64,000 nucleotides of DNA from Amoebophrya sp. A120 (GCA_905178155.1 CAJINV010000004.1:11501114-11565113), one strand, 5' to 3'. Numbered from the stretch's first letter, positions 1 through 12,900 are shown. A program made the numbers and translations. The notes: generated by a model not told the origin, from the letters alone.

Positions 1-786
1 TTTTGAAAATCATGGAAAAACTGTAAAAATGCAAAGCCATTAAGTGCAACAACTGAACAAAGTCAAAAAGGCAATGCATTATATCCATTTTCTTGCAGTA
101 TCTAGACAATTTTTGGGCCTTTCTGTCAGCTCGTCACTTTTTGAAATTTTTTTGAAATTTTTGAAAAGTGTGCAGCCCACTCTTATAGGCACGACGATTG
201 CACTTCTTTAAGTGCCATCGTGTCATAATGATGCTCTTTGTTTACTCTTCACTATTTTTTAACATATTTTATAGTATATTTTTTGAGCGTTTGACTGAGC
301 TCAATTTTTTTATTTTTTTAAATTTTCCAAATTACTATAAAGATTCCTGATGTATAGACCATCTGATCAAATAGATGATAAGAGGCAGAGAAGCTATATA
401 TTGAACACATTCTATCGGTGATCGTTATCGGATTTTTATGTGATCTGGGCGTAAATTAATTTTTTGAAATTTTCGCAAATCTTGCAAATTGAGAAGATTT
501 TTCTGTAGTGGACCCAATTCCTTCTGGTCAATGAAATTGGACAGGAAAGCCATTGACTACAATCCCAGCACTCTCATTTCTTATCAGATTTCACAGCACG
601 GGCACCAGATGTGCAATTTCAAAAATTTTTTTCATTTTTGGAAAATATACTAATAATTGCCATAATCAAAGTAATGCAATCCATTCAATCAAGTCAGGCA
701 GAAAAGCAGTGGGCTTCTGATTGGGCGTCCGATTTGACCGGTCCGGCGCCCTACATGGAGTCTCGATATGCTGAAAAAAGGTCCAC

Positions 787-950
787 TTCTTTTTCCTCTT
801 CCGTCTTCCTACTTCTACACTCACGTGGTGAACACAAGACCGCCTGGCCCCAAGCGCGATCGTCGAGCGCGCCCGCAGAGGCTGCTCTCCACCGACGAGC
901 ACAGCAAGCGCGGATATCGACCTGGCGATATCGAGGGCAGGTGGGGCCCC
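787..950. repeat. Split direct repeat X, terminal copy
   Basis: 164 bp, matches 7754-7917 with 4 substitutions by eye. Confidence 0.95.
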
Positions 951-1199
951 GCTCAAACGCACCAACACAGACAACGCCACCTCGTCGGTGAGCAGCAACC
1001 TCGCGAACGCGAAAGACGATCAATCCTGCACCGCGATTGAACAGAGCAATCGGCGCAAGTAGCGGCCTTGCAATCACCACAACAGGCATACGACGATCAT
1101 ACAATTTCCAAAAAATCACTTTCACAAAAAAGCCAGCAGAAAGCGATCATCATACACGAGATCATACACGAAGATCATGCACGTCGATCGGAAACAGGC

Positions 1200-3877
1200 T
1201 TAGTCACTAAGACCATCTACAGACGACTCTGAGTCGCCTTCTGTAGTTTCATCTCCTCCAAACGCCATGGCGTTGGCCGTGGTGACGACATTGGGCGCCA
1301 CGTCGCCCAACAAAATCTTCCGAAAATACGCATCCACTCCAAAGCCTTCCACCACCTCCTTGAACAAGGAGGGGAAGACCCGCAGCAGCACCGCCATCTT
1401 CTCGTCCCGGGTGGGGTAATCCGCCAGATTAAAATCTGACGGCACCCGGGTAAACCACGGCTTCAAGCTGAAGCGCGCCGCCAGCGTCCACGTCTCCGCG
1501 CACAGCCGCGTGAGCATTCTTTTCTGCTTCCCACTCTTCCCCTGCGCCAGCAGGCTCAACTGTGCGCAGGTGTTGTCGATCGCGTGATCGAACCTGCGCC
1601 CCTGCAACTGCGACTGGTAAAACATGAAGGAGAGGGGGACGGCCGCGGTCTCCAAAACGTTTATCGGGTACAGCCGGCACTCCTCGTGCAGTATCGCGGA
1701 CCACACGTTTTGCCTGACACAAAAGAACTCGCCATCCTTGACCAGGACGGCGGCGATCGCGCCTTTTTTATCGGACCACTGCGCGTCCGTGTACATGAGC
1801 AGGCTGACCTGCGACTGTTGCTCGAACGCAACTGCCCGCTTCAGCGGCATCTGCATGACTTTTTTCACCATGTACAGGGCATCCGCAACTGCGCGAGAAA
1901 CTGCAACTTCCTCCTTCGCCAAATGCCTCCCCAGGGGCTTAGTCAGCGGATTAAGCGCCCTGTCCGCCACCGCTGCCAACGTGAAGGTGAGCCGTCCCAC
2001 AAGCTCACTCGCCGCCGCTGGGTCCAACAACATGCTGGTGAGGGCAGCATCGCACGCCTCCGTGATCTGCGCCTTCTTCTGCTCCGTCAGCTCCACCGTG
2101 GGGACGTCCCCCCGCACGTCAAACAACAGGCCCAAGACCTCCAACAGGTCCGCCACCTTGACCTTGTCGCGCATGGCCGGCAAGCCCAGAAACTGCAGTA
2201 ATTCCAACAAAATGTCGCGCACCAGATTCCCCAACCCCTTCGCCACGAAGTTGGGGCAATCGTCGACGTAGTCCTCCGAGTTCAACAAGAAGTGCAGCCG
2301 CAAAACGCTTCTGATGAGCTTGCCGGGCCGGCGCCAGCCGGTCACGCTGTGTCTGCTGCCAAAGATGGCAGACACAGCAGTGAAAAACGCATACCGCTGC
2401 CGCGACGGGTCCCAGGCCAGGACCGCATTGTACTTGCGGTGTGCTACTTTAATCATAAGATTATTGTAGCACTTTGCAATATCGAGCAGCACGACCTCCA
2501 GGTCGTTGAGACCACCGCAATCCACTTTTCTCTTCTTCGTGCCAGGCGGTGCTGCACTTGCGAGCGCGGGTTTTTCTGCAAACGGAGACTGCTGTGCGCC
2601 GGGTTTGAACAGGTCCGCGTCCAGCTCACTGATTTCTCCCTTTGTCCACTTGAGGAACTGCGCCCCAAACCTCTTCTCCGCCGTCCTGTTTCGCTGCAGG
2701 GCTTTTTTGGTGTGCCTGATCACCTTCTGCCCCGCCTTGGAAGGATCCCGCGCCACCGCCGCATTCACCAGCACATCAAGTGCACTGGTAATGGGCACTC
2801 GCTTCGCAAGTGGCGAACACTTGTTCGCCGAGATAGCGGGATCTATCATCCTCGTCTTCTTGGGCTGTTTCCGCGGAAAGCGCCTGTAGGCGTAGAAAGT
2901 CTTCTGCTGCTCAGCTTCACACTCCGCTATGTTGTCTGCGATGTCAAACGGTCCTTCCAACAGGTTATACCCCAACTCGGGGACCACGGCGGTCTCGTCC
3001 AGGCATCGTTGCCACACCAGCGCAATATCCTCGTCGGTCCGACCACCGTGGCTTCTTGTGCTTCCCCTGCAGAAGATCCTGCACGATCTTACTCGGCTCA
3101 AAGTCGCTCTCCTTGCCGCAGATGCGGTCTTTCCGTCTCCGCGGCGACCATGTCGGATCAACGGCGCAGGGGCCGATCATTGACAGCCCCGTGATCCAAA
3201 CATCCCAGGCCCGTGGGTCGCTGGGATGGAACCGCTGACCGAGGAGCTCCCACAGCCCGAGCTGCTTGCAAACTGCGGGCTTGCGAATTTCCTCCTCTAT
3301 CGTATTGCAAATTTCCACTGATCTCGCCTTCGTGTCCTCAGCCCACTGCCTCATCTGCTGCCTTTTTTCCACCAACAGCTGCTCGCTGAGCTCCGCGGGG
3401 TTTGGAAGGCACGGCGCCTTTTCAAACGGCATCTCTCTGACGAGATCAACCTGTACTCGCTTGAGCACGCAGCGCACGTCTTTTTCGGTAGGCAACGGCA
3501 TGGTGAGTCGACTAGACTAACTCGTGTACAAGTGACGGCGAAACAAGTGTTATACGTGGCATAGAAGTTATACGTGGCGCGAAGTTCAGCGTGGGGCTAT
3601 GGCGAGAACAGTGCATGTACCGTAAAACAATAAAGCCGCTTTGCCAATTTGGTGCACACCACTTCTCGCACGAATCCCCAAGACCGACACGCAGCTGCTG
3701 CTGCTGCCAGACCGACTTGCGTACGACCAATTGCAGTTTTGCTGAGATTTCTACGGTGACATCTGACATGGCAGACCGAGAGCAAGTGTGGTAGACCTTC
3801 CCTAGTTTCATGTACACAGAGAATTGACCGAACAGGAAGTGGACACAAGGTGCTACGCGAGCACTACAACTGCTCAT
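1200..3877 (-). CDS. Reverse transcriptase-RNase H (pol) of the YR retroelement, with one frameshift near 3040
   Basis: RT motifs LLDIAKCY, FGSRHSV and YVDD. DIRS-type RNase H motifs YTDA, INVLE, IDN and RVPSDFNLADYPTR. ORF 2965-3501 joins ORF 1200-3161 by a 1-nt shift. Tentative 5' exons join through GT-AG introns 3796-3704 and 3620-3512, so the start is uncertain. Confidence 0.85.
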
Positions 3878-4279
3878 CGTGGCTCAAGGGCGCATGGCAG
3901 AACTGCTGATGTCGCAGTAGTGAGACTTTTTATTTTTCACTTTTAGCTGCTCGGCAGCTTTCTCTCAGAGAAACTTCAGCCAGCATGTACATTCGGCTTG
4001 ATCTAACATCCAACTGTTAGGAAATTCCACGCTTTGTTCTTCAAAAATTCATTACTTGGAATGAAACATGCTGTGATCCTTGTTGCAAGGAATAAAAACA
4101 CCAAGTGAAACTACATTAAATCGACGTGCAACAGCCGCCACAATTCCAACTACAGACTTTATAACAGTGACACTAAACCAAGGGTGGAGACGACAGAGAC
4201 ATTTTGTGTTGCGCAAACAAATGCGACGACTGCTGCACGGATAAAAAAGACTGAAACATGCCTGACCACGGGCGCCTCC

Positions 4280-5634
4280 TCAGCCCGTGGCCTCACCACC
4301 CGCCGGCGCCGCCGCCGAAGCGGCCGGAGCAGCGGTCGTCGCCTCGCGGCACCACGACTCGAATTCCACTCCCCGGAATTTCCACGCGAATTTTCCGCGC
4401 TGCACACGTTCATAGTCGGCACGGGAAAGCTCGCCTCGTCCTGGGTGCTTGAAGGTACACGAGTTGCCCCGCTTGCACCGGCCAGCGGTCAAGAAGTCGT
4501 GGCACAACGGCGTCATCCCCTTCTTCCCTTTACCTGATAGTGATGCGGGTGGCAAAATTAGTACGTGAACGACATGTGGTGACTGCTGACATGAGGAGTT
4601 CTGCATTTGCTACAGACATACACGAGATTTGTGCAGCGCAAGTCTATGTAGACCAACACATTTCTACCAACCTTTCTGGCCGCCCCCGCGATCCCCGCGG
4701 TACTCGGCGCGGTACGAGGACGCAGCCTGCTGCTGCTTCAAGAACTCCTTCTGCTTTTCCTCTAACTCCTTCATCGCAGCATCGATCTTCTCCTTGGCAC
4801 CAGCGAGGATTTCCTTCGACTGCTCTTCGGTCTTACGCACGGAGGAGAGCTCGTCGGCCCACAGGCGGTTGTGCCGCGCTTCACCGAAAAAAATCCTCAT
4901 TCTTCCTTCATACGTGGCACCCGCCTGGACCAGGTCGCTGGTCACGGATTCCGACTTGTGCAGGATCGCACCGAAAGCGCGATTGGCCGCGGCCTCCGAC
5001 ACGTTGGCTTTCGCGAGCATGTACTGACTCAACATGGCCACTCGCCGCTCCACCGTTAAAATAGCTTCGCGATCACGATGGCAGCGCGAGCTCATGGCGA
5101 AGATCAACGTGGGCACGTTAAACTTGGGGCTGTGCTTCTCTTTGTCGACGGTTTCACCGGTCTTCAGGCCGACGCCTGAGATGAGACACGAATAAAAACA
5201 TGCATGCTGAACCTGCGCGACGCTGTTATAGTGACAAATGTGTCGCATTCTGCATGACAAACGGTGACATTTTGAGAAATCATTACCATGCTCCCACAAG
5301 GATCTTCCGTTCACAGCTTTTGCAGCATGACCAAAAGCCTCTTTGGCCGGTCTCATCTCCGGGAGGTCGGTCTGAGTCAACTGATACGCCTCTTGCGCTT
5401 GCTGTTCTTGTCCCGCAATGAAGTCCACCAGCCTTCTGCCTTCCGCCGCAGGCATGGCTCCCGCCGCTGCCACACCTGAAGGCTAATGCGAAGTCATGAC
5501 ATGCTTGAAGACGCGAAGCAACGATTTTGACACGACATGAGAGTCAGCCTGTGTGTGCATCAGCAAAACAATTAATGTAGAAGAAAAACGCTTTTGCCGG
5601 CAGCTGCAGCCGCAGCACCTCCTCCATCAGCCAT
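4280..5634 (-). CDS. Gag-like protein with coiled coil and C-terminal CCCH zinc finger, spliced
   Basis: Predicted introns 5597-5476 (GC-AG), 5286-5176 (GT-AG) and 4671-4534 (GT-AG) give a continuous frame MADGGGAAAAAG...GQKGKGKKGMTPLCHDFLTAGRCKRGNSCTFKHP. Confidence 0.7.
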
Positions 5635-5973
5635 TTTGTGATTTTTTTATTGACGCGGTGCTAACCTTACAACTAGAAGTTACCTCACCCTAGAAATTGA
5701 CTTTTTTAGAACGCACAGTGGAGATGAAGACACACAAAGGGACGCAAGTGTGGTCGTGACGTGGTTAAGCCTTGTGCTGATGAATTCGACACGGAACAAC
5801 TGTGCATCTGGGGCTGCGAGCCGACAGCGCGCGCATTGATCTTTCTGCATTTAATTTCACAATTTTGGATTTTTCCCGGACAACTTTGGCCCTTTTGATT
5901 CAATATCTTGCTTTGCATATCTGCACACTGTGGCGTCTCTTGATGTCACACGCTTTACACAACTCAGAAAGCT

Positions 5974-7577
5974 TTACACACCGGCAAACAGAAGCTTCGC
6001 AAACATGTTCCTGCTAATAAAAGGCATCGATCTAATGTAGTACATTAACATTTGTAGGTTAGCCCAACGGCAATGAGCCACGCATCTCACTGGGTCGAGC
6101 TTGTTGAGGTACAGGTGCGTTGCGTAATATGCTGACCAAAGTGCTGCACACTGAGAAAACCTAATTACATGTAGCCGAGATGCAAAGACAAAACAGACGT
6201 CTGGTGGCGCGTGTCCGACCAGAGCCATATATACAAAGCGCACTGGGCGCGGGGCGACATGTAATTAGGTGAAAGGCATGACATAGAGCTTGCAGTTCGC
6301 ACACAACCAATCCGCCACGAATGACTGGCAACATTTTCTTCCTTGGTGAGTACTTTTTTCATGATGCTAGACACGTTCAAATCATCTTTGGTCAGCATAG
6401 GCAGCAGGGGTTTGAACTTACACACGCAAAACTCGGGCGGGTGGCCGATGTCCGCAAGTTGACTGCGCACGCAGGTGATTCTAACAAGGGAATACGAATT
6501 TACTTTGCATGACGCTTCTTGAAAATTTAAAACCATGCCGCTTTTCTCATACTTGGTGCTGATTTTGTTCTTGCCTCCTTCACATGCGGTGTCGAGCATA
6601 GCGCATTCGCTTTTGCGCAATGCGCCGTAAAAGCAGATCAGCAAAACACATGCCTGCGTGTAATTCAACTTTCCCATCGTGTAATATGCATGCACGTGCG
6701 CGATGGTCAGGGGGCACTTCTGCTTTTTCCGTCCCATGAATCCTCTGCGCACCAACGACGCCATTTCCTTCGCAACCTTCTCCTTTTCCAATTCCGACAG
6801 CAAACAGCGCTCGTCTGCCAGCACGTCGGTGACGGCCGGCTTGATGGACAAGTACCCCGCCGCTAGCGAGGCTCCAATGAACATTCTCACCGAAGAGAGT
6901 GTCCACATTCTACTTGGTAACTCCGCCGCAATCTTCATGTACCGCTTCAGCCTGCTCTCCCTGTTTTCATCCGCTTTCTTAGTCGACGTCATTTTCTCAT
7001 ACTGCTGAACCGCGTCCCTCAACATGAGGGGGTCGCGCGCGATGTCCAGGGCAAGCGACATCTTACCCTGCGCCTGCGACCGCTCCGCATCTGTGCGGGC
7101 CGCGAAGACCTCGTCAGCCGCCGACTGTGCTTCCAACATTCTTTCCGCGTAAACATCCACCGGGAGATCGGTCACATCCGACCGCGAAGCGGGATCGTCG
7201 CATGCACGGACACACGACAGCTCGAAGCTGCCGTCCGGCTTGATTTTCTGCACAATCTTCAAAGCAGGCAGTCGCTTGACGAAGTCGTAGGCTTGCGCCT
7301 GGTTCATCACGAACTCGCCTCGCACGCTAGACAGCGGCCTCGGAGCTTGCAGCTGCTCGTGCGTAAACAGGCCTTTCGGCAACTCCTTCGACGTTACCAG
7401 CACACCCAGTGGTATTTTGCCGCCTTCCGCTGCACACTTTTTCGACGCCGCTTCCGCGGCTTTCGTCCCGAGTGCTTTTTTCATACTTTCAAACGAGGAC
7501 AGATTATCATCTGCTTGCTGCTTTAACTCCTGCTGGAGCTCGGACATGAAGTCCTGCTCCTCGTCGTCACTCAGCAT
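5974..7577 (-). CDS. Tyrosine recombinase of the retroelement, interrupted by a probable intron at about 6130-6308
   Basis: FYGALRKSE (catalytic Arg box) and HSWRIG, then in another frame ATHLYL...HCRWANLQMLMYYIRS (Trp and catalytic Tyr box). Confidence 0.85.
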
Positions 7578-7594
7578 AGGCGTGGGAGGGTGGG

Positions 7595-7917
7595 AAGAAA
7601 AAAGCAACGCGAGGTCGCGACTTCAAGTCCCAGCTACCCGTCTATTTCTACTACTACAGGCGCGCACGGAGCGCGGCATACATTTTTGGCAGGATGCGAG
7701 CGCTTTCCATGCGTCGCGGCAAAAGAACCGCTGGACTCGTCCCTCGCCAGTCATTCTTTTTCCTCTTCCGTCTTCCTACTTCTACACTCACGTGGTGAAC
7801 GCAAGACCGTCTGGTCCCAAGCGCGATCGTCGAGCGCGCCCGCAGAGGCTGCTCTCCACCGACGAGCACAGCAAACGCGGATATCGACCTGGCGATATCG
7901 AGGGCAGGTGGGGCCCC
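7595..7917. repeat. Internal Y-X junction (circle-junction copy of both termini)
   Basis: Y (7595-7754) directly abuts X (7754-7917), sharing one T. Confidence 0.95.
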
Positions 7918-8532
7918 TTTTTCCAACGACGCTCTCCGAGGAGAGGGTGCCGACTGAGGCACACAAAAGCCACCACCCACCGACGCTCGACGACGAGACG
8001 CAGACGCGAAATCTCGACCCGCAGTGCTACCTGCATCCTAATTGCATCCTTTTTCACCACCACGCGCAAACGTGCCGCCGGCGTCTGTAGGTCACTGGAC
8101 CTCAACAGATCTAACGCGGCGAAGCGCCGCTGCTCAGGGGGCCTGAACAGCAGCGCTCCGGCCCATCACCGCTCTTGCGCAAGCGCGAAAGCGGTGATGG
8201 CCGCTCAAACGAACGACAACGGAGCGCACTACCGGCGGGGTAGCAAGTGCCTGGACACAAGCCGACCGACCCACCGAGCAGCAGCGCCGACGCCTAACGG
8301 TGGCGACCGCACGAGCGCCTTGGCTCCCGACATCCTACTGCACACTATCACAACCGCGCACGAACTGGCGCTTACCCTGTCAGACCTGTGACTGCAAACA
8401 AGCAGACTTCAACCTGCAAACTGGCTACAGAGCCTACCAACCCGAACCCCCCCGCAACCTGCATACTGCCAACGGCGTAAACAGGGGAGGAACGACATCT
8501 GCTGTGGGCACGGACGATGAGACCGCGAGGAC

Positions 8533-8692
8533 AAGAAAAAAGCAACGCGAGGTCGCGATTTCAAGTCCCAGCTACCCGTCTATTTCTACTACTACAGGCG
8601 CGCACGGAGCGCGGCATACATTTTTGGCAGGATGCGAGCGTTTTCCATGCGTCGCGGCAAAAGAACCGCTGGACTCGTCCCTCGCCAGTCAT
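8533..8692. repeat. Split direct repeat Y, terminal copy
   Basis: 160 bp, matches 7595-7754 with 2 substitutions by eye. Confidence 0.95.
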
Positions 8693-9985
8693 AAGATCAG
8701 TAGCTTCTATCTTGGAGCAGCCTTTTCAAGTGCAAGTGCCCTGGGTCGATGACCGCACTTATTATATTACAGGCACCTAGGAAGCCTCGATCCGCGCGGA
8801 TCCAGGCCGCCGATGGCTCGTAAGCCCGGCGCGCCACAGCTGGCGCAGCGACGCGCTCCTTTTGGCGCGTTCTATCTTCTTTTGGGCGCCGTCCGTAAGC
8901 GGCGAACCGGGTAGACTGGCTGGGCGGCGCTGCCATCGGCCCGCCCGGAGACCCTGCCGCTAGCAGCCACGCAGCAATGTGATTCCTATAGGCACGGGAG
9001 TCCGCCGCGCGGCGCTTCCTGTTTCAGAAAGCGCAAGGGCCTCCGAAGCGGCCGCGCGTTTTACCACTGCTGCCCTAGTTTCGCGAATTCGGGGCGGGCC
9101 GGGGGGCCGGAGGAAGGCCGCGAAGCGCCGCGACCCCTTGCGCCGCGGCCGCCGGCGAAAAAGTGCGCGCCCCCCACTTTTCGTGTCGCTCGTGCGCACC
9201 ACGCAACGCCACCCGCCCGGGTGGGCGAAAGCGTCCGCCACATGAGACCGCACGGCCGAAGCAGCCGCGGACCTGCAAAAGCCCGCCGGGGGTTTACAGA
9301 AACTTTAAGGAAGAGAGCGCACTTCACCCCTGCACGATCGCTGAGCGGGCATTGTGTTACTGACGGGTCTTTTCCTCCGGCGAGGTGCACTCCGCAAGCC
9401 CCGAGGAAGTCCGGCCCCGAATTCTCACTCTGCGTGTGCAGGCCGCGCACGTATAACCTAGTCGGGCACACCCGGGTTGGTCCACTCTGTGCCACAAAGA
9501 GCACTTATTCTTGTGCCCGCCATTTGCCACGCGTTCATGCAAAAGCGATACTAGATTACACTGCGGCATCAACTAGAGAGCAAAGTTCGTTTACCTCATA
9601 TTCGTTTTCGTGGGAAGAGAGTTGCATCCTTCTCGCTATCGTGAAATCGTCGTCGTGCCACTGCATCGGTTCCGGACCTAAGATGTCTTTTCGCCACTTC
9701 TTTCGTACAGGGTAGGGAGGCTATCAATCTCGTCAACTTCTTTTGTTCGTGACCTTGATTGTGAAATCAAAATCCTTTTTAGTTAAGTTTTTTTTTCCGC
9801 GTTATTCGTATTCCGCGACAACCAATACAACTTTCGCACCTTTAAAACTTGTTCGCAAAAGCGGTTCGCTGCTGCTACTTTTGTGGATCGAAAAATTTCC
9901 GCTCCAAGAAGCGACCTCTACGTCGTCTACAGGTGTTGAGCACTGTACTTTATTCGCTGCGCCGAATCTGGACATTCTGGGAAAG

Positions 9986-12900
9986 ATGCTGTCGAGTAGT
10001 TCCGCCGGAGCTACGTCTTCCCGTGCCGCGCTGAAGCGGCTGATGCGGGACTTGCAGGAACTGCAGAAGAATCCCGTGGAGGGTGTGCAGGTGGCCCCGC
10101 TGGAAAACGACATGTTCGTGTGGCACGCGAGCATTCGGCCGAGCAAGGGCTGCTGCTTCTACGGGTTGGATTTTCACTTCGTCATGAAGTTCCCGGCCGA
10201 CTACCCGGCCAACCCGCCCAAGGTGAAGAACGTGACGTTTTTGCCGCACCCCAACGTGTTCCCCACCTACATCTGCTTGGACATGCTCAACGGGGGGTCC
10301 AACCCGCACGAGGGCTGGAGTGCGGCGTACACCGTGTCCAGTCTGTGCACCAACCTGTCCTGCTTCCTGTTCGACACATTCGCGCACGACGAGAGCGGCA
10401 AGGTGCGCAACGTGCTCTGGGAGTCCTACGAGAAGAAACTGACGCAGCCGCAGGTGATCACGAACTTCATGCAGGCCCAAACCGAGTCCGTGGCGTTTGA
10501 CTGCGCGCGCGTGCTGCAGACGAGTGTTAAGTACCGCGACGGAAGTATCGTGGACGACGACAACAACTCTGCGCAGGCGCGGGACCAACAACCTGAGCGC
10601 GGTTTCCGCTGGCCGGACCAACTGCCGCAGCCGGACGACTTGCACAAGGCGATGACTTGCCCCTGCTGCGATCATGCGGACAAGGCGGTGAACAACCCGA
10701 CCAAGAGCAGCCAGGCTCTCCGCGTTCCGGGCATTCTGCTCGAGGGCGACTTGGTCTACCTGAAGCAAAGCAAGTACCTCTACCGCGTCTGTCACGCGCT
10801 GAACAACCCGAACCACATGCACGACGTGGAAACCCCGCACGGCTACCAGGTCCGCGCCAGCGCCGCCGGGCTGTGCACCTCGAAGGCGTCCGCGCATTTG
10901 ACGACGGCTACCGACAAGTACAGCGAGTGCCTGCGGAAATCATGGATGACCTTCCGTGACCGCACGGGCATGTTGCTGTGCCAGGCGGGTTTGTTGACCT
11001 TAGAGAAGGTCGGGGAGGAGAGCGGCCTACCGGTTTTGAAGTCGTTGCCGTCGTTGACCACGGCGATCGCGTCGTTTTCGATGTCCTCGTCCTCGCAATC
11101 GTCTTCCTCATCCTCGGGCGACGAACAGAAAAAACTTGGAAATAAGGAGAGTACTTCTAACCCGAATGGCGAGGAGCAACAACTGGGTAGCAGCTCCAGT
11201 GCGGCGTTTCCCGCGAGCGCGTTCTCTTTGTCGGCCGGCGCGAAGAAGAAAACTAAGACCACGAAGGGCGGCGTGAAGAAGGGCGAGACGAAGCTTGCGG
11301 CCACGCCCGCCGCGAAGAATAAAGGGAAAAATAATGCCAAAGGCGGGAACAAGAAGAAACAGGAACAAGAGAAGGTGGAGGAACAATGCACGTCTTTTCT
11401 CAAAATGAAAACCGCCCCCTCGCCTCCCGCAACCTCGACCCGACAACAAGTGTTGGCGGTGTTTGCCAACGAGCTGCGAGACAAGCCGTGGTTCCACCCG
11501 GAAAAGACGGCGGTCGTGTTTGTGGACGAGAGTAAGATGAAAGAAGATTTGCTCAACGCGTTCACCAAATTGGAAATCAACGGCAAGCGCGACTCCACCG
11601 CGGTCCAGGCCTCCCGGCGGCCCACGCTCGCCTCCGCGAACGCTATCCCACAGAAAAAAACTAGCATAGAATGGTGGATTTTTCGCAAAAGTAGACACTT
11701 ACGCAGAAAATTCCCGCGCGCCCTGGCACGACTTTTCCTTAAGTCGTTCGAACGACTTAAGCGCGGGCGGTGCGCGTAAACGGTGTTTTCTTAAGTCGTG
11801 CGAACTACTTAAGCGTGAGCGGTGCGCGTAAACGGGGTTCCCTTAAGTCGTTCGAACGACTTAAGCGCGGGCCGTGCGCGCAAACGGCTTTCCCTTAAGT
11901 CGTGCGAACTACTTAAGCGTGAGCGGTGCGCGCAAACGGCATTCCCTTAAGTCGTGCGAACTACTTAAGCGTGGGCGTTGCGCGTACACGGCATTCCCTG
12001 AAGTCGTGCGAACTCCTTAAGCGGTGCGCGTCAACGGCTTTCGCTTGTTAGGTGGTGCGGTGCGAACTACTTAAGCGTGAGCGGGGCGCGCAAACGGCTT
12101 TCCCTTAAGTCGTGCGAACTACTTAAGCGTGAGCGGTGCGCGAAAACGGCATTCCCTTAAGTCGTTCGAACGACTTAAGCGTGAGCGGGGCGCGCAGACT
12201 GCATTCCCTTAAGTCGTGCGAACTACTTGAGCGTGGGCGGTGCGCGTCCACGGCATTCCCTTAAGTCGTGCGAACTACTTAAGCGGTGCGCGTCAACGGC
12301 TGTCGCTTAGGTCGTGCGAACTACTTAAGCGTCGGCAGCGCGCGTACACACCTCTCCCTTAAGTCGTGCGAACGACTTAAGCGTGAGCGGCGCGCATGAG
12401 CGACTTTTCCTTGAACATAGGTCTACCAGTGACACACTTTTCCGGTAATTTTGTTTTTGCATTTACAAGACTCTTATCCCGTGCCGGCTTTTTTCTGTGT
12501 GATAAACGCCACCCCGGTGAAAACTGTGAGTCCTGCGACCTTCGTGAACAATTTTCTGGCGGAGTATGAGAAGAAAAGCAAGAAGGACCCTGTTGAGCCA
12601 AAGACGGAATTGAAAAAGAAAGAACAAGAGGGGGCTCCTCGTACAATCAAGACCAAAACCACCGTCGCTGAGATCGCGGAGGCGACGAAAAAAGCCCTGC
12701 TCAGCTGCGCCAAGAACGATCGTGGTCGGGACGGGATGGGCAACCGCCGGGAGCCGGTGCCCATGTGCATCCAGTGCGGGCACAAGACGAAATTCTACCC
12801 GACCGCCCGCCCCTGGGCTGCCTGCGACATTTGCGGAGAAGAAGCCCCGGCCGGGGCGTCGGTGCCGTTTTTCGCGTGCACCCGGGCCTTGAACTATGAG

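Larger units (their letters stand above)
787..8692 (-). mobile_element. Tyrosine-recombinase retrotransposon (DIRS order, Ngaro/PAT-like split direct repeats)
   Basis: Repeat X at 787-950 and 7754-7917 and repeat Y at 7595-7754 and 8533-8692, giving X...YX...Y. It encloses minus-strand YR, gag-like and RT/RNase H genes. Confidence 0.9.

Noticed and set aside
1-700. AT-rich region with recurring TTTTGAAA motifs as a repeat element
   Set aside because: No periodicity or termini could be defined, and it is truncated by the window start.
3879-5640. Dinoflagellate spliced-leader relics (TGGCTCAAG near 3881, AGCCATTTTG near 5629)
   Set aside because: Only 9-10 nt matches, and the second is simply the reverse complement of the gag start context.
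8780-9330. GC-rich hairpin-prone segment as an ncRNA or MITE
   Set aside because: No clear termini, TSD or second copy in the window, and high GC explains the short stems.
11738-12412. CRISPR array
   Set aside because: The segments between palindromes are near copies of each other rather than unique spacers, no cas genes are present, and the context is a eukaryotic intron.
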